DNA of 63,998 bases, filler included, from Octopus bimaculoides (GCF_001194135.2; 8 parts of 7 records of this genome joined end to end with filler, not necessarily neighbours in it); one strand, 5' to 3'. Shown: positions 48,811 to 62,236, counted from the whole stretch's first letter. Notes: a model not told the origin generated them from the sequence alone. A program made the numbers and translations.

Positions 48811-49535
48811 ATGAGGATAAAATCAATGCAAACATTATGGTCACCATCATTATCAACAATATCACAACTATCCTTCCCCTCCTTCCCGTCATCGCCATCA
48901 CCATCACCATCATCGTCGTCACCACCACCACCATCACCATCATCGTTGTCGTCGTCATCATCAAAACCAACGACAACAACAACAACAACAACAACGAGAC
49001 ATATCATCCCTCACCGCTTGACCTGTCAAATATAGAAGTTAAATGGCTTTCAAATCACCCTCTGTCACCTTAAAAAAGAAAGACAGCCTAGATTATAGAT
49101 AGTCTGTCTGGAATAACGACAGGATGGTCACGCTGGAGCGCCTTCGATGATAAGTCTATTTAATCAAGGCTGACTTGGGATAAACAAAAACAACATAAGC
49201 ATCATTATTACCATGAATATACGCCTCCTCCTCCTCCTCCTCCTCCTCCTCCTCTCCTCTCTTCTCTCCTTTCTCTTCTCTTCTCATTTTCATCTTCATC
49301 CTCTACCCCCTTGCTGTTCCTCCTATTCACGACGACCACCACCACCAACCACAACAACGACAACAACAACATTCGGAGATATTTGGAGCCAAAGACCAGG
49401 AAACGGACCCCCCCCCCNNNNNNNNNNNNNNNNNNNNNNNNNNNNCTATCCATTGTGTCCATCAGCTCTTCACTTCAATGAACGAGACCCTGACAACTGT
49501 GATTATATTGGATCAGACCACATCCTTATATAGAT

Positions 49536-49575
<40 letters not shown>

Positions 49576-49602
49576 GAAGAGAGAGGGAGAGAGAGGAAGA
49601 AC

Positions 49603-49642
<40 letters not shown>

Positions 49643-50777
49643 GGGGTAATAATTATAATCAGAGAATAATAAGCTATAAATATTGACTAATTACTTATTT
49701 TGACTATTCCCCAGTTGATACACGAGGACACCTTCACACTAACCCCACCTCTCTCTCCACACACACACACACACACACACGTCTTCGCATACCTTACATT
49801 AGTAAATATAACCACCCATGCATACATATATACATACATACATAAATACATACATGCTTACATACATACATACATTCATACATAATACATGCATACATAA
49901 TACATACATACATACATACATGCATACATATGGGGCAACACTTTTGGGTTTGTTGTATAGGCTAGAGGGCCCGGGGGTGGCAGTAGACGGCAAATACTCT
50001 AGCTACGCTACTGTATGTGTGTGTTTGTGTGTGTGTGAGAGAGAGAGAGAGAGGGAATAGCGAAATTTACAATATATATAGAATAATACTTACGAGTAAA
50101 ATTAAAGCGAGGAAATTTGATGTTCGCATCTTGATCAACTTTAGTTATAAATTCCGTTGATAGTGTTTTTGGTAGATATTTTTAAAACCACAATTTTTTG
50201 TGAGAACAAGGATCAACGGACCATCGGTAATAGAAAGGCTACGGCTAATTAGAAGGAAACGAACTGACTAAATGTATATTTCATGGAGCGAATATATAAA
50301 TGGAATAAGAAAAGTGAACGGTAAGTTTCACCAAAAAACAAGGAGACGAAATATTCGTTGATATAATAACGAGGATTTCTTCGAAACAGACAGTTTCTGC
50401 TGTTAGCTCATCCTGCTGAAATATAATCAGCTAAAAGTGACTAATAATACTCGAATTACAAAGTCCAAAATCTGAAAAGAGAGATTAGAAAGATAAAAAT
50501 ATTAATTTATGTCAACTGTCCATGTTAGTAATTTATTAACATATTTTGTTTGCGTTTCTTTCAGTTTCTTTTTAATATTCTGAGAAATTGTGACGATTGA
50601 CACCTCTTACTTACATACATATGCGCGCGCCCCTGGGCCTGTTTATGTATGTATGTATGTATATTATCAATCAGTTTCATTTCTGTATTTCTTGTCCATA
50701 GAGAAAGAGCCGGACTCTAACATAGATTCAAGGCTCCTTCATTGGAACTTTTATCAACATCATCTAGGTATTTGTGC

Positions 50778-50813
<36 letters not shown>

Positions 50814-51129
50814 TTTGGTGTTAGTGTATGCGCAGATTTGTATGTTTGTTTTATGGATGCGTTTTTATGTCTAGATGCATGCATATGTATTTATGTGCTA
50901 AATTTTTGGAAATATATGTATGCATGCATGTATGTATGTTTTCTATTTTTTAAAAATTATTATAAATATTCCACTGAGGAGAGAACCGGTTTCCAACAAA
51001 GAGACAAGGCTCCATTTTTGAGATGAAGTTAACACAGACAAATTTACATTTAGAACTTGAGAAAAGTCTTGCATATTTTTACTGTTCCACTCATAGAATG
51101 CATTTTTAATGTACGAATTAGCCGGTCGA

Positions 51130-51830
51130 TTTCTCTTTCGGAAATCCTAGTTTATCCAGATTCTCCTTTAAACATTTGCTAACAAAACCTAGAGCTCCAA
51201 TTATTATTGGTATGAATATGAATTCATAGTCTGGATATAGAAGCCTCTACCACCTTCATTTCTTCTTAGGTAGAGCCTGTCAACATCACTGATTTTGTGG
51301 AAGTTCCTAGAAGTTGTCAGGATTTTGCGGGTTTTGATATCTATGGAGTGGATTTCCTCTACAGACCAATCAAGTGTCCCAAATGTTGAGAACACTTCTA
51401 GCATAAATCTTGAGATCGTCTACTAAGAAATTATGAGTTACGTTGATATTTCTTGCAGTTGAAGATCCTAGCATGTAATCAATACCCAACTATTAGGTCC
51501 CTTCCAGGTGCCTTCCCGTTCTGCAGTTTGCCTACGGCTACAGCGAAGGTGTCTGCATCAATTTTGTATGTTTTACAGTCAATGTTGGTACAGTATTCTC
51601 TTTCAATTGTATTTAACCATGATGCATTCAGGTTGAAATCCCTCTTTTTGTTTCAAATTTTTGACCAGAATGATTGTGGATCTTCTTGGGAAGGATCCTT
51701 CTTAATGGTAATGCTTTCCTTCCCCAGCTCTCTGTATAATGCTCGTAGGTTGGAAGCAAACTTGCGATTGATACTGACTCGATCAAAAATTCGCTTGCGA
51801 TAGAGGAGTTTCTCGCTCATCGTCCTGAAT
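51130..51830 (-). mobile_element. Multiply internally deleted R4/Dong-like element
   Basis: In order: NRKFASN..LYREL..FWSKI..KLQNGKAPGRD; THNFLVDDLKIYARS; DIKTRKILT..SDVDRLYLRRNEGGRG; LLYPDYEFIFIPIIIGALG. Confidence 0.85.
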
Positions 51831-52342
51831 TCATGTTAGATATTTGGTTAGTGTAATATGCATAATCATCAGAGTAAACTAGTCCCCGCATGTAAATTAA
51901 CTTTTTGATACTAATTCTTATATATCTCGTTTTAAGTTCTTTTTGGGTACGGTTATCGAGATAAGACACGTAAATTATCTCGATAGCAGAATGATGTGTC
52001 AGTTGTACGAGTGTCACAAGCAAGTTCTAGGAGTATCATTGGCAAGAGTGAGTATTACAAGTGTGAGAGTATTAGATATCTCAGAATATATTATGTAAGA
52101 TATATCAGAGGCACAAATATTTAAATTTAGGTACATCAGAAATTGTATGTATGTATGTATGTATGTATGTATGTATGTATGTATGTATGTATGTATGTAT
52201 GTGGCCTGCTTGTTTGTTGCACCTTGTTTACCATTTTGTCCTTGTTCTTTTGCCACGTCATGTACCCAGTTATGTATCTATATGTACATGTAGATGAATG
52301 TATATACATACATGTACATATATATGCATACACTCATATATT

Positions 52343-52456
<114 letters not shown>

Positions 52457-52529
52457 GGAGTGATTATGCCAGTTTTAAATATCTCTGAATTTAATTTCCC
52501 ATACAGCCCAACTTCGGCTGACTTCTAAT

Positions 52530-52850
52530 ATAGATTTCAAATTTTGGCACAAGGCCAGCATTTTCGTAGTGAGAGGGAAAATTAATTTCATCGACCCCAT
52601 TGTTCAACTCGTCCTTGTTTTATCCACTCTGAAAAAAATGAGAAGCAAAATCGACTTCGGAAAGACGGACGAAAAGTCTCTAAGCATTTAACCGACGATC
52701 AGGAAAGAGTTTAATCAACGAAATCGATTCAAGTGCTTCAAATGGTCATTTATCTCATTAAGCTCGGAGGAGTAATAATCAAAGTTGATGCCGGCGGGAT
52801 TTGAACTCAGAATGTAAGGAAACGAAACGAAAGCAGAAAGGATTTTGCTC
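52530..52850 (-). mobile_element. Decayed SINE family A pieces
   Basis: caaattttggcacaaggccagca...tcgacttcgg; ggatttgaactcagaatgtaag. Confidence 0.65.
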
Positions 52851-53503
52851 AACCTTCGTACGATTTGTGGGGGCGGGGGGAAGCAAAAACACGAATTCAA
52901 GTGTCGGTGTAGAGGGCGATAACTCTGTATCTAAGATTATGTCCCTTATACCACAAATCTTTCTATCTGATTTATTTTTTCGTTTATCTTCACGGAAGTA
53001 GAAGTACGGGTGTTGCTTTCTTTTATTCGTTTCAGCTATACGGCTGCGGTCATACTGGAGCACTGACCAACCACCAAACACAAAGAGAAAGCCTTGATTT
53101 AAAAAAGATAAAGCTCCGCATAAAAGTCATTAAGTGAACATATCGTGTTTTATTGAATTCTACACACTTCCAAATGTTATGTGTATATTAATATCTACAC
53201 ATCGTGTTTAATAATTTATACAGACGGTATATACTAGTCTATACATGCCGTGTTTACAAGTTTATACGTACATCTGTGGCCGTATACGACAGTATCAGAA
53301 GCTTGAAAATTTTGCCAAATTATAAATTCGCCCTTAGCAATAAAGCAAGGGTTTTTCTTTAATCATAAAAACGTTTGACTGCTTATTTTTTTGTACGTCG
53401 AACAACAACGTTGATGTTTGTTCGCTGTGTATAGCAGGTAAGATATTTGTAAATAATTTACTTCTGCCTCTCTCTCCTTCAATACCCCACCCATATATGT
53501 ATG

Positions 53504-53534
<31 letters not shown>

Positions 53535-55390
53535 NNNNNNNNNNNNNNNNNNNNNNNNNNNNNNNNNNNNNNNNNNNNNNNNNNNNNNNNNNNNNNNNNN
53601 NNNNNNNNNNNNNNNNNNNNNNNNNNNNNNNNNNNNNNNNNNNNNNNNNNNNNNNNNNNNNNNNNNNNNNNNNNNNNNNNNNNNNNNNNNNNNNNNNNNN
53701 NNNNNNNNNNNNNNNNNNNNNNNNNNNATATATACATATATATACATATATATACATATATATAGGTGGGTCGTCTAAGAGTCCATAAGTCAGGAAGGAA
53801 AAGATGCACCCGTATATCTATCAATAGAGTGGTTGGTGTCTTATCCGAAATGTACAATATTATATTTCTGTCACGGCTTATCTTAGCAATCAGTTTCGCG
53901 CAAGGAATACCATGGAGTGTTTGGTAACAATCTGATTATATCATCTTTCGAGAGAACGTGAAATAATTCGTTCTAGAGCTGGATCTCGAAGCACAAATAA
54001 AGGGTTTTTGCAACGCGATATTTACGCGCCCCTAATACATATTATAGCCGTAGATTTAACACATATTGTGACTTTAGCAAATGTTACAGCTGAGCTGTTA
54101 CGATCCCGGTACATATTAAGGGCGCCGTGTTACTCCAGGACCGTAGTAGTAACACATCTGCTGTGAGCTCAGCTGACGTTAAGGATATCGGGTTCACACG
54201 TGGTCTCTCACAGCTGCACAAAAGCCCTGTCTGCGAGGACTGAAACACAACAAAATGGTTTAATGAAAGATTCGTCCAATTTACTGCTGATGTTGCTGTT
54301 GCTTGCAGCGGTTCTGACGAAAACCGACGATGATGATGGTGATGATGATGATGATGATTTGAGGCAGACGGGGACGAGGAGGACGAGAAAGGAAAGGCTG
54401 ATGGTGTAGTAGTTGTTGTTGTTGTTAAGGAAGATGATGATGATGATGATGATGATGGCGGTGGTGGTGGTGGTGGTTGTGGTGATGGTGTTTCAAAAGA
54501 TGCTAAGTACATTGAAAAAGAAGTGACTAAAGAAGCCTCAAAGAAGTTGCTACCAGTTTGGTAACAGAATCCTGGAGCAGTAAATGACTTATTACAGCCT
54601 CACTGATTCCAATTAAGCCAGTAATGTCTTTCAGATGGACAATATTGGTCTGTGTGTTCTTTGATCAAAGCTGCTTGGCTATTTCTAAACGTTTTCACTT
54701 GAAAACCGTGTTTTGCCTCCTCCTCCCTTCTTTCTGCATGAAGAACAGCCGAGGAGCCTCTACGTGGGTCATTGGGTCAGCTAGAAATAGCTGCCCAAAT
54801 CTTTCTCAAATCACATCTACCATATAAATGAAGGGAAGAATACATTAGAATAATGTACTACCCGATAGATTATGCTGAAATGAAGATTCGATAGTCACAG
54901 CCGATTACCCCGGATACTGGTCAGATGGAATTAGTGTAATCTGAGACTGACAACCACCCAGCCTTCTTATATTTTTTTTCACCTTACCCGAATCACTCAG
55001 CAGTAAAACTCAACCCCCAGCCGACAACAACAACAACAATAACAACATCGGAACATTGGGTTCCTTAGGAATTCTTTCCCTGTTCAAAGTTCTACAGTTT
55101 GGCATCAACCTCCAGAAGTTCGAGCCGAGCACCAACTGATTCGACCAATCACACCAATTTAGCAAGATTAGCAAAGGCTCATGGGAACTGTCTCTTTTCT
55201 TTTTTCTACAGATTAAGGTTTAGCTTGGAACTTTGGTGAGAAGGTTATTTGGTTAAATAAATCCCCGTACTCGAGTGAAGTTGGCGTTGGCAACGTTTGA
55301 ACTCAAAACGAAAAGAGCAGGAGAAAGTGCCGCTAAGCGTTTTGTCAGGCGCGAAACGATTCTGTCAGCTTGCCACTGCTACTGCTGCTG

Positions 55391-55460
<70 letters not shown>

Positions 55461-55499
55461 TGATGATGATGATTTCTTTTAATTTAAAATTGTTTTCTG

Positions 55500-55710
55500 T
55501 TTCAACTTTGGTACAAGGCTAGCAATGTGGAGGTACGGGGCAAGTGGATTACATCGATCCCAGTGTTCCAACTGGTACTTGTTTTATCGACCCCGAATGG
55601 ATTAAAGGCAAAGTCGACCTTGGTGGAATTTGAACTCAGAACGTGCAGATGGATGAAATGTCGCTAAGCATTTTGCTGGGCGTTCTGACGATTCTGACAG
55701 ATCGCAGTCT
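55500..55710 (-). mobile_element. SINE family A
   Basis: ttatcgaccccgaatggattaaaggcaaagtcgacc...gaatttgaactcagaacg...gctaagcatttt. Confidence 0.85.
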
Positions 55711-57751
55711 TAACAGCAACAACAATAACAATAATAATTATAATAATTTCTTTATTAGCCAGAAGAGCTCAAAGAGATACAGAAAAATACAAAGAAACGT
55801 TGAACAACAGATTACAAAGATGTGTAAAGAAGATAGAAAGATGAAGGAGATTTGAGCTGACAATATATAAAAAGGGACGAATTCAAAATTGATAAACACA
55901 CGAATTTCCACACGGGAACAAATAAAATAGTATGATAAAGCACAATAATTAAAACGAGATATTTACATAAAAATTAGACTGTCCATTTATGTTGATTAGG
56001 ATGCCCCAGGTTCCTGGTTTAGCTTCCGGTTTAATTTTCATCCTAAACTTCATAACTATTGATTGTAAAATTTTCCTTGAGAAGATCTTGTATTATAAAG
56101 AGCAAATAAGGGACAAGGTCTCCTGGGTTGTTGAAATGCAACATTTCGTAAAATCTATATTTGAATTATTATTCTGTCTTTTTCTCTTTTAATACTGTTT
56201 GAAATGTTATTCCATCTCCTTCTCGGTTTGTGCTTTGAGAGTATATCGTATAAAACCCTGATTAGAACTTTGTTTTTTTTTGTGCGAATGGCTGTGGATT
56301 TCATTTTGTTGAGGGTAAGGACTGGTTTCACTCGCAGTGAATCTCCTTCATAACATAGAAATTCTTCCTAAGCAGATCAACTACTTCTTTGCAGATGTAC
56401 GTCACCTCACATTTCATGTTTGTTTATTATTACTTTGTTTTTTTTTTTACGCAGGGGCTTTTTCTGAAGAGGTCTGCTTTTCTCCCTTTGGCCTCCATTT
56501 GATCTGCATTCTCATAAGTAGATGGATTTATACGGATATGAGGGGTAGTTTTAATACTTATAACAATAGATGAGTGGCCTAAAGCGATATTTAACACTGT
56601 AGGTTTCCATTCAGTTTCCTAAATGGTGATTATTTCTTTCTTTATAAATGTAACATAATTTAAGAAAAGCAGCTATATTTAAGTATAGAGCAGTAATTAT
56701 TTGGTGTATGTCTTTGAATAATTCAGACATTTTCTGAATCTCTCCGACTCTTGATAATTTGTGTTCTATGTAACACTCAGTCTATTTTCTTAATATAAAC
56801 GATAACGGAAAGCAAACTTATTTGATAAAATGCTAAATAAATAGGTTGTTCAGTAATTCTAAGAATAATAGAAACTAACTTACTTTCGATAGGATTTATT
56901 TATCTGCAAGATTGATCATTTATAATAATAGTGGTCCTCAAATGTAATATAAGATCTTGGTAAAGTTGGACATTCAAACCAGTTATCGATTTCTAACTGG
57001 GTAGCTTTTTCCTCAGCATATAAATCCATACAATTGACTGTAATACCATTAATTACTTTTATAAGTATTTCTAATGCTATTATAGTGTTTCTCTTACTTT
57101 CATCCATTGTTAATATTGAAAAATCTTTGAACATCTGAGCTTGAAGAACTAGCAATACCAGAAATTATCAAATTATTAGATGCCAAACCTTATAACAATA
57201 AAGTGTAAAGATCGCTGTGAGAGATCACAGCTCAGAGAAGATGAATAATTTGTTTAACAAGAATTCTATCTAAAACATCCGTTCACAGTTAATCTCATTT
57301 TGTTGCCAGAAATCAAAGCAAATGTTGAAATATTGTAGAATGCATATTGGTTGAACGTCAAACAACCTCGTACCGTACAAATTGTGCTATACTAATATAT
57401 GGTCCAAAAGAACCAAAAGTTATATTTTATTTATGTCCATCTCGCTTCCGATGCTTTCGTTGCTCAAAATCGAAATTCAAAGTGTCCAGCATCTGAGAGC
57501 TAGATTGACTTATATAAATAGCCTCCAACCAAATCAAAAGGATTTCTTTTATGAAAGTTATTCAAAGCTTCTATTTCAAACAGACGTATAAAATCACTTG
57601 ATTCATTTCTTTTGCTGCAAGAATTTCGTCGAGACGTGAAAATTAGAATCACAATGTTTAAAGTTTGAGTTTGAAATCATTTTTTTTTATATTGCTCCAC
57701 TTGGTTGTATTACTTTTCTCCCTGGATTGTTCTACACAGTTGTGTATTTTC

Positions 57752-57796
<45 letters not shown>

Positions 57797-57959
57797 GACG
57801 GTTATCGAGCGGCGGTAGGGGACAAACGCAAACACAAGGTGATGATTCAGCATGGCCGCAGTCTAATGACTGAAACAAGTAAAAGATAAAAAATGTATGT
57901 ATATAAGTATACACACACACATGCCCCTACGTACACATACGCACGCGCACACACTCACA

Positions 57960-58160
57960 CATTAAGAACAAACACAAAAAAACAACAACAACGCGAGGAC
58001 GTGGTACATGTAAGGTATTAGCAGACGCTCAGAGAAGGAAAGAAAGGTGGTTTAACGTTTCGAGCAGACGCTCTTCTTCAGAAACAGAGGAAAGTCCAAT
58101 AGAAAGGAAAATGGAGGGGAAAAAAATCGCCAACGATTTACATGTAGTTATAGTTAAAAA
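57960..58160 (-). mobile_element. Penelope-like pseudo-LTR remnant hosting a canonical HHR
   Basis: Short non-coding unit around the HHR at 58050-58085; no ORF. Confidence 0.55.
58050..58085 (-). ncRNA. Minimal type-I hammerhead ribozyme, canonical core
   Basis: Minus strand GUUU-CUGAAGA-A-GAGC[gucu]GCUC-GAAA-CG-UU-AAAC. Intact core, 4-bp stems I and II, ACGU palindrome. Confidence 0.7.
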
Positions 58161-58289
58161 AAANNNNNNNNNNNNNNNNNNNNNNNNNNNNNNNNNNNNN
58201 NNNNNNNTTAATTAATTAANNNNNNNNNNNNNNNNNNNNNNNNNNNNNNNNNNNNNNNNNNNNTCTTTCTCTCTTTCTCTCTCTGTGAA

Positions 58290-58557
58290 AGTATCTGTCA
58301 CTACAGTATCGAAATGTGATTATTTCAGTTAGTGGAATAGTTTCATTTTTAAAGTGAAAGTATTTGACATGAGTGTTTTTGTTTCACTTTTGACACGTAA
58401 TACTTAAATAGTGGAGGAGATATTATGTTGCCGTGTGCTCGAACTCTGCAAGAAGTTAATAATTTTTTTGGACTAAAACACAACTGGAACTCTAAGTAAG
58501 GCATGTGTAAAATTTGAATGAAATTGGTTGCGTAGTTCTCGAGTTTTAGGGATTCAC

Positions 58558-58588
<31 letters not shown>

Positions 58589-58597
58589 CACATTCTC

Positions 58598-58625
<28 letters not shown>
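58290..58625 (-). mobile_element. Non-autonomous Helitron-like 5' region
   Basis: Minus strand (TA)n-AAAAATGAGAATGTGTGT-(CTGT)n-...ACCAATTTCATTCAAATTT, the layout typical of microsatellite-bearing Helitron 5' ends. Confidence 0.55.
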
Positions 58626-58635
<10 letters not shown>

Positions 58636-58909
58636 GCGCATACATGCATATATATACAAGCATATACACATACACATGCACATATATTCATTGTAAACAA
58701 TTTTGTTAACCGAAGTATGCTGAAACGATAAGCAATGCCAAGAAAGAAAGAAAAATAAAGATGGGAACAAAACAAAGAGTAGAAAAAAACCATGTAAACA
58801 AATAGCCAAAAAAAGAAAACAAAAAAACCAACAGAAATTAAAAAGAATATGACAACGAAAGATATTCCGTTAAGTTAGAATGCCAGAAACCTTGAAATAC
58901 GGATGCGTG

Positions 58910-58957
<48 letters not shown>

Positions 58958-59065
58958 CTATAATCTATGTGAGCTGGTTTGCGTTCCTTACTCTTTGTTT
59001 TTTTTGTTGTTATTTTGTTATAACGTGCACTAGCAACATGGACAGTTCTACGTAAGAGAACAACA

Positions 59066-59070
59066 GCAAT

Positions 59071-59143
<73 letters not shown>

Positions 59144-59414
59144 GCAGTTGCTGCTGCAATTGTTGTCGTTGTTATTGTTGTTGTTGGTGCAGTAAATAGT
59201 TAAACAAACTGAAGAACTAAGAGCCGGCATAACAGCAGCAGCAGCAGCAACAATAACAACAATAACAACAATAACCTCCTCCTCCTCCTCCTCCTCCTCC
59301 TCATCATCATCATTGTCAACATCATCATCATCATCATCATCATCATCTTCATCATCATCATCATCATCATCATCGTCCTCATCATCATCATCATCGTCGT
59401 CATCATCATCGTCG

Positions 59415-59473
<59 letters not shown>

Positions 59474-59753
59474 GTCTTCATTTCTAGCAACAGCAACAAC
59501 AACAGCATCTTCAAGACCNNNNNNNNNNNNNNNNNNNNNNNNNNNNNNNNNNNNNNNNNNNNNNNNNNNNNNNNNNNNNNNNNNNNNNNNNNNNNNNNNN
59601 NNNNNNNNNNNNNNNNNNNNNNNNNNNNNNNNNNNNNNNNNNNNNNNNNNNNNNNNNNNNNNNNNNNNNNNNNNNNNNNNNNNNNNNNNNNNNNNNNNNN
59701 NNNNNNNNNNNNNNNNNNNNNNNNNNNNNNNNNNNNNNNNNNNNNNNNNNNNT

Positions 59754-59787
<34 letters not shown>

Positions 59788-60025
59788 CCACCATCATCAT
59801 CATCATCATCATCATCGTCTTCATTTCTAGCAACAGCAACAACAACAACAGCCTCTTCAAGACCAAACAGCAGAAAGAACAACAACTACAACAATTTACG
59901 AGAGCAAATAGCAGCAGCAGCAGCAATTAAAAAAAAAAAACTACGACAACAACAACAACAAAAAACCCCCACAAAATACACATTAAACAACAACAATAAC
60001 CACAACAATAACAGCATTAACAGCA
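59066..60025. repeat. Compound trinucleotide array (CTA, GTT, GCA, CAA, CCT, CAT) with gap
   Basis: Direct reading; source of the poly-S/D/M/L pseudo-ORFs. Confidence 0.95.
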
Positions 60026-60450
60026 AGGATGGATACAATAACAGAACCAACAAAAGCAATGGCGAACGTCAATACGGACAATTTATTAATAAATGTTACT
60101 TATTTCTTGTTAAGTTGTTATATTGTACTCCAAAGTTATCAGATTAATATGGCTGCGGGGCTTCCTATCTCAATGCAAAGAGTTTACAAAGTAAAACGCT
60201 TTGCATTTCATGCAACCGCATCTTCACAGACACACGCATGCACCGACAAACACACACACACATACACACGTACACACGTACACACATGAACGCATACACT
60301 CATGCGCACACACGCACATACCTATATGAGTTAAGATATTTACTCGTGAGTATACACAAATACATACATATATATATAATGATTGTACTGCGTGATGGTA
60401 TGTGTGGATTGTTGATGGGATGGCTATCGTCTGTCAAGATGGAGCAGTCG

Positions 60451-60485
<35 letters not shown>

Positions 60486-60638
60486 NNNNNNNNNNNNNNN
60501 NNNNNNNNNNNNNNNNNNNNNNNNNNNNNTTAATTAATTAANNNNNNNNNNNNNNNNNNNNNNNNNNNNNNNNNNNNNNNNNNNNTATATATATATATAC
60601 ACACATATATATACATGCATATATATGTATATATGTAT

Positions 60639-60679
<41 letters not shown>

Positions 60680-61159
60680 TATGTATATGTATACATGCAT
60701 ATCATACACACACGTATACACACACAGTACATACATATATACATGCATATAATTAGACATCGTTTTTGCTATCCATACTCCAACGATAGAGCTTTGTATT
60801 TTTATTAGAAACCAGCTCCTTCCCCACAGGAAGAATTTAGATGAATAAAAGCAGGAGGGCACGGACAAACACTCATACATTCATATATAATACATACATA
60901 CGTACATATACATGCATGCATGCATACATACGTACATACATACATACATAGCCTACTAAAATTGCCGTTCTTATATATAAAGAACTGATTTTTAAAAAAA
61001 TAGCTAGTACAAGCAAGGCTTTGTCAAACTTGAATTTATTAATTAAAGGTACACTAAACAGCTATGATTAAAATGCAGCTGCGTGCAATTTATTTAAGTT
61101 AAACAAATTGATTATTTGCCTTTTCCATAAAAAAAAAAATAATAAAACAGCAACTTTTA

Positions 61160-61340
61160 GCGAACTATGAATGAGTGGTTCTTTTTCTTGCACTTACGAA
61201 GCGTATCAACACAAAAGTACGTTTTCGACAGTCCAATGACTTCTTTCATAGCCCAGTTCTGTGTGTGAAAAGACACGTTGTCCATGAGAATATTTCTCAA
61301 ACACACCGCAGCAACTGCTTTTCTGCGTCGAACATACATC
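61160..61340 (-). mobile_element. Tc1/IS630-like transposase fragment
   Basis: NILMDNVSFH resembles the second catalytic Asp motif (xMDNxxFH) of DDE_3 transposases; short and isolated. Confidence 0.4.
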
Positions 61341-61426
61341 AATGAGCTAAATATTACTGAATGAGATAAATATTAATGAATGAACTCAATATTAATGAAT
61401 GAGCTAAATATTAATGAATGAACTGA
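61341..61426. repeat. 19-bp minisatellite, about 4.5 copies
   Basis: Unit AATGAGCTAAATATTAATG with variants. Confidence 0.85.
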
Positions 61427-61599
61427 CGAACACGTCTTTATTTTAATCATTACAGCTGAGGAGGCTTTAATTATTAATTTATATATATTGTTATTAAATA
61501 TCTGAATATAATTTTTCTAATATATATATATATATGTATATATACTCAGGTGGAAAAAATATTAAGGCTAGTGAAAAAGAAAAATGCCAATCATTTTTC

Positions 61600-61872
61600 G
61601 CTATATGGCGTAGTGGTTAAGAGCGCGAGCTACTAACCCCAAGATTCCGAGTTCGATTCCAGGCAGTGACCTAAATAGTAATAATAATAATAATAATAAC
61701 AACATCGAAAAATACCTTAGGAATGAGAATCCATGTTCGAAATTTCTCCAAGGCACCCGATGAAGGCTGGAGAGTATATCAGTCGAAACGTTGTGTTAAC
61801 AACAAACAAGATGAGGACAATTGAAAATAATGTAAATAATGTACATAATTCCTCATTTCTTAAATATAGAAC
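61600..61872 (+). mobile_element. tRNA-headed SINE-like element with internal (AAT)n and 3' hammerhead
   Basis: A box TGGCGTAGTGG 61606-61616, B box GTTCGATTCC 61651-61660, (AAT)n about 61676-61700, HHR 61752-61797. The 3' boundary is approximate. Confidence 0.65.
61752..61797 (+). ncRNA. Minimal hammerhead motif inside a tRNA-headed SINE-like element
   Basis: GGCAC-CCGAUGA-A-GGCUG[gagaguauau]CAGUC-GAAA-CG-UU-GUGUU. Stems I and II pair (with G-U wobbles); ACGU palindrome. Confidence 0.65.
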
Positions 61873-62236
61873 AATGAACTATTCTTTCGAACAACGAAAG
61901 ACACAAATGGAAAACAAGCCAAACAACATAAACAACGACCCTTCATCAGTTGTTGGCTGTTTTCCTTGTCTCGTATTTCGAGCATTTAACAACAATATAC
62001 GCTTTCGATAAAACAGTTGTTCCCGCAAAGCAAATTAAATAAAATTTGGGATTTTGTGGAGAGTCAAAATTGGTAACAAAAACAGGACAGTGAAAACAAA
62101 CAGCAAGAGCTGCTAAGCCTAAACGATCGATATGTGATATATGTATATATGTATATATACGTATGTATGTATGTAATTCTGTATACACACACACACACAC
62201 ATACACACACACACACACACACGCACACATACACAC

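Noticed and set aside
50335-50400. Hairpin followed by GAAACAG, resembling a decayed hammerhead
   Set aside because: Core CUGA is absent and stems I and III cannot be formed.
54263-54409. Signal-peptide-like MKDSSNLLLMLLLLAAVLT plus acidic tract and basic pairs, resembling a neuropeptide precursor
   Set aside because: Built from GCT/GTT/GAT trinucleotide repeats, short, with no recognisable mature peptide; chance is likely.
59461-59862. Duplicated block (catcgtcttcatttctagcaacagc...tcttcaagacc) on both sides of a gap
   Set aside because: Probably overlapping contig ends or two alleles placed in tandem.
61600-61670. Possible tRNA gene (ACT anticodon)
   Set aside because: Anticodon and acceptor stems do not pair and there is no Pol III terminator; treated as a SINE head.
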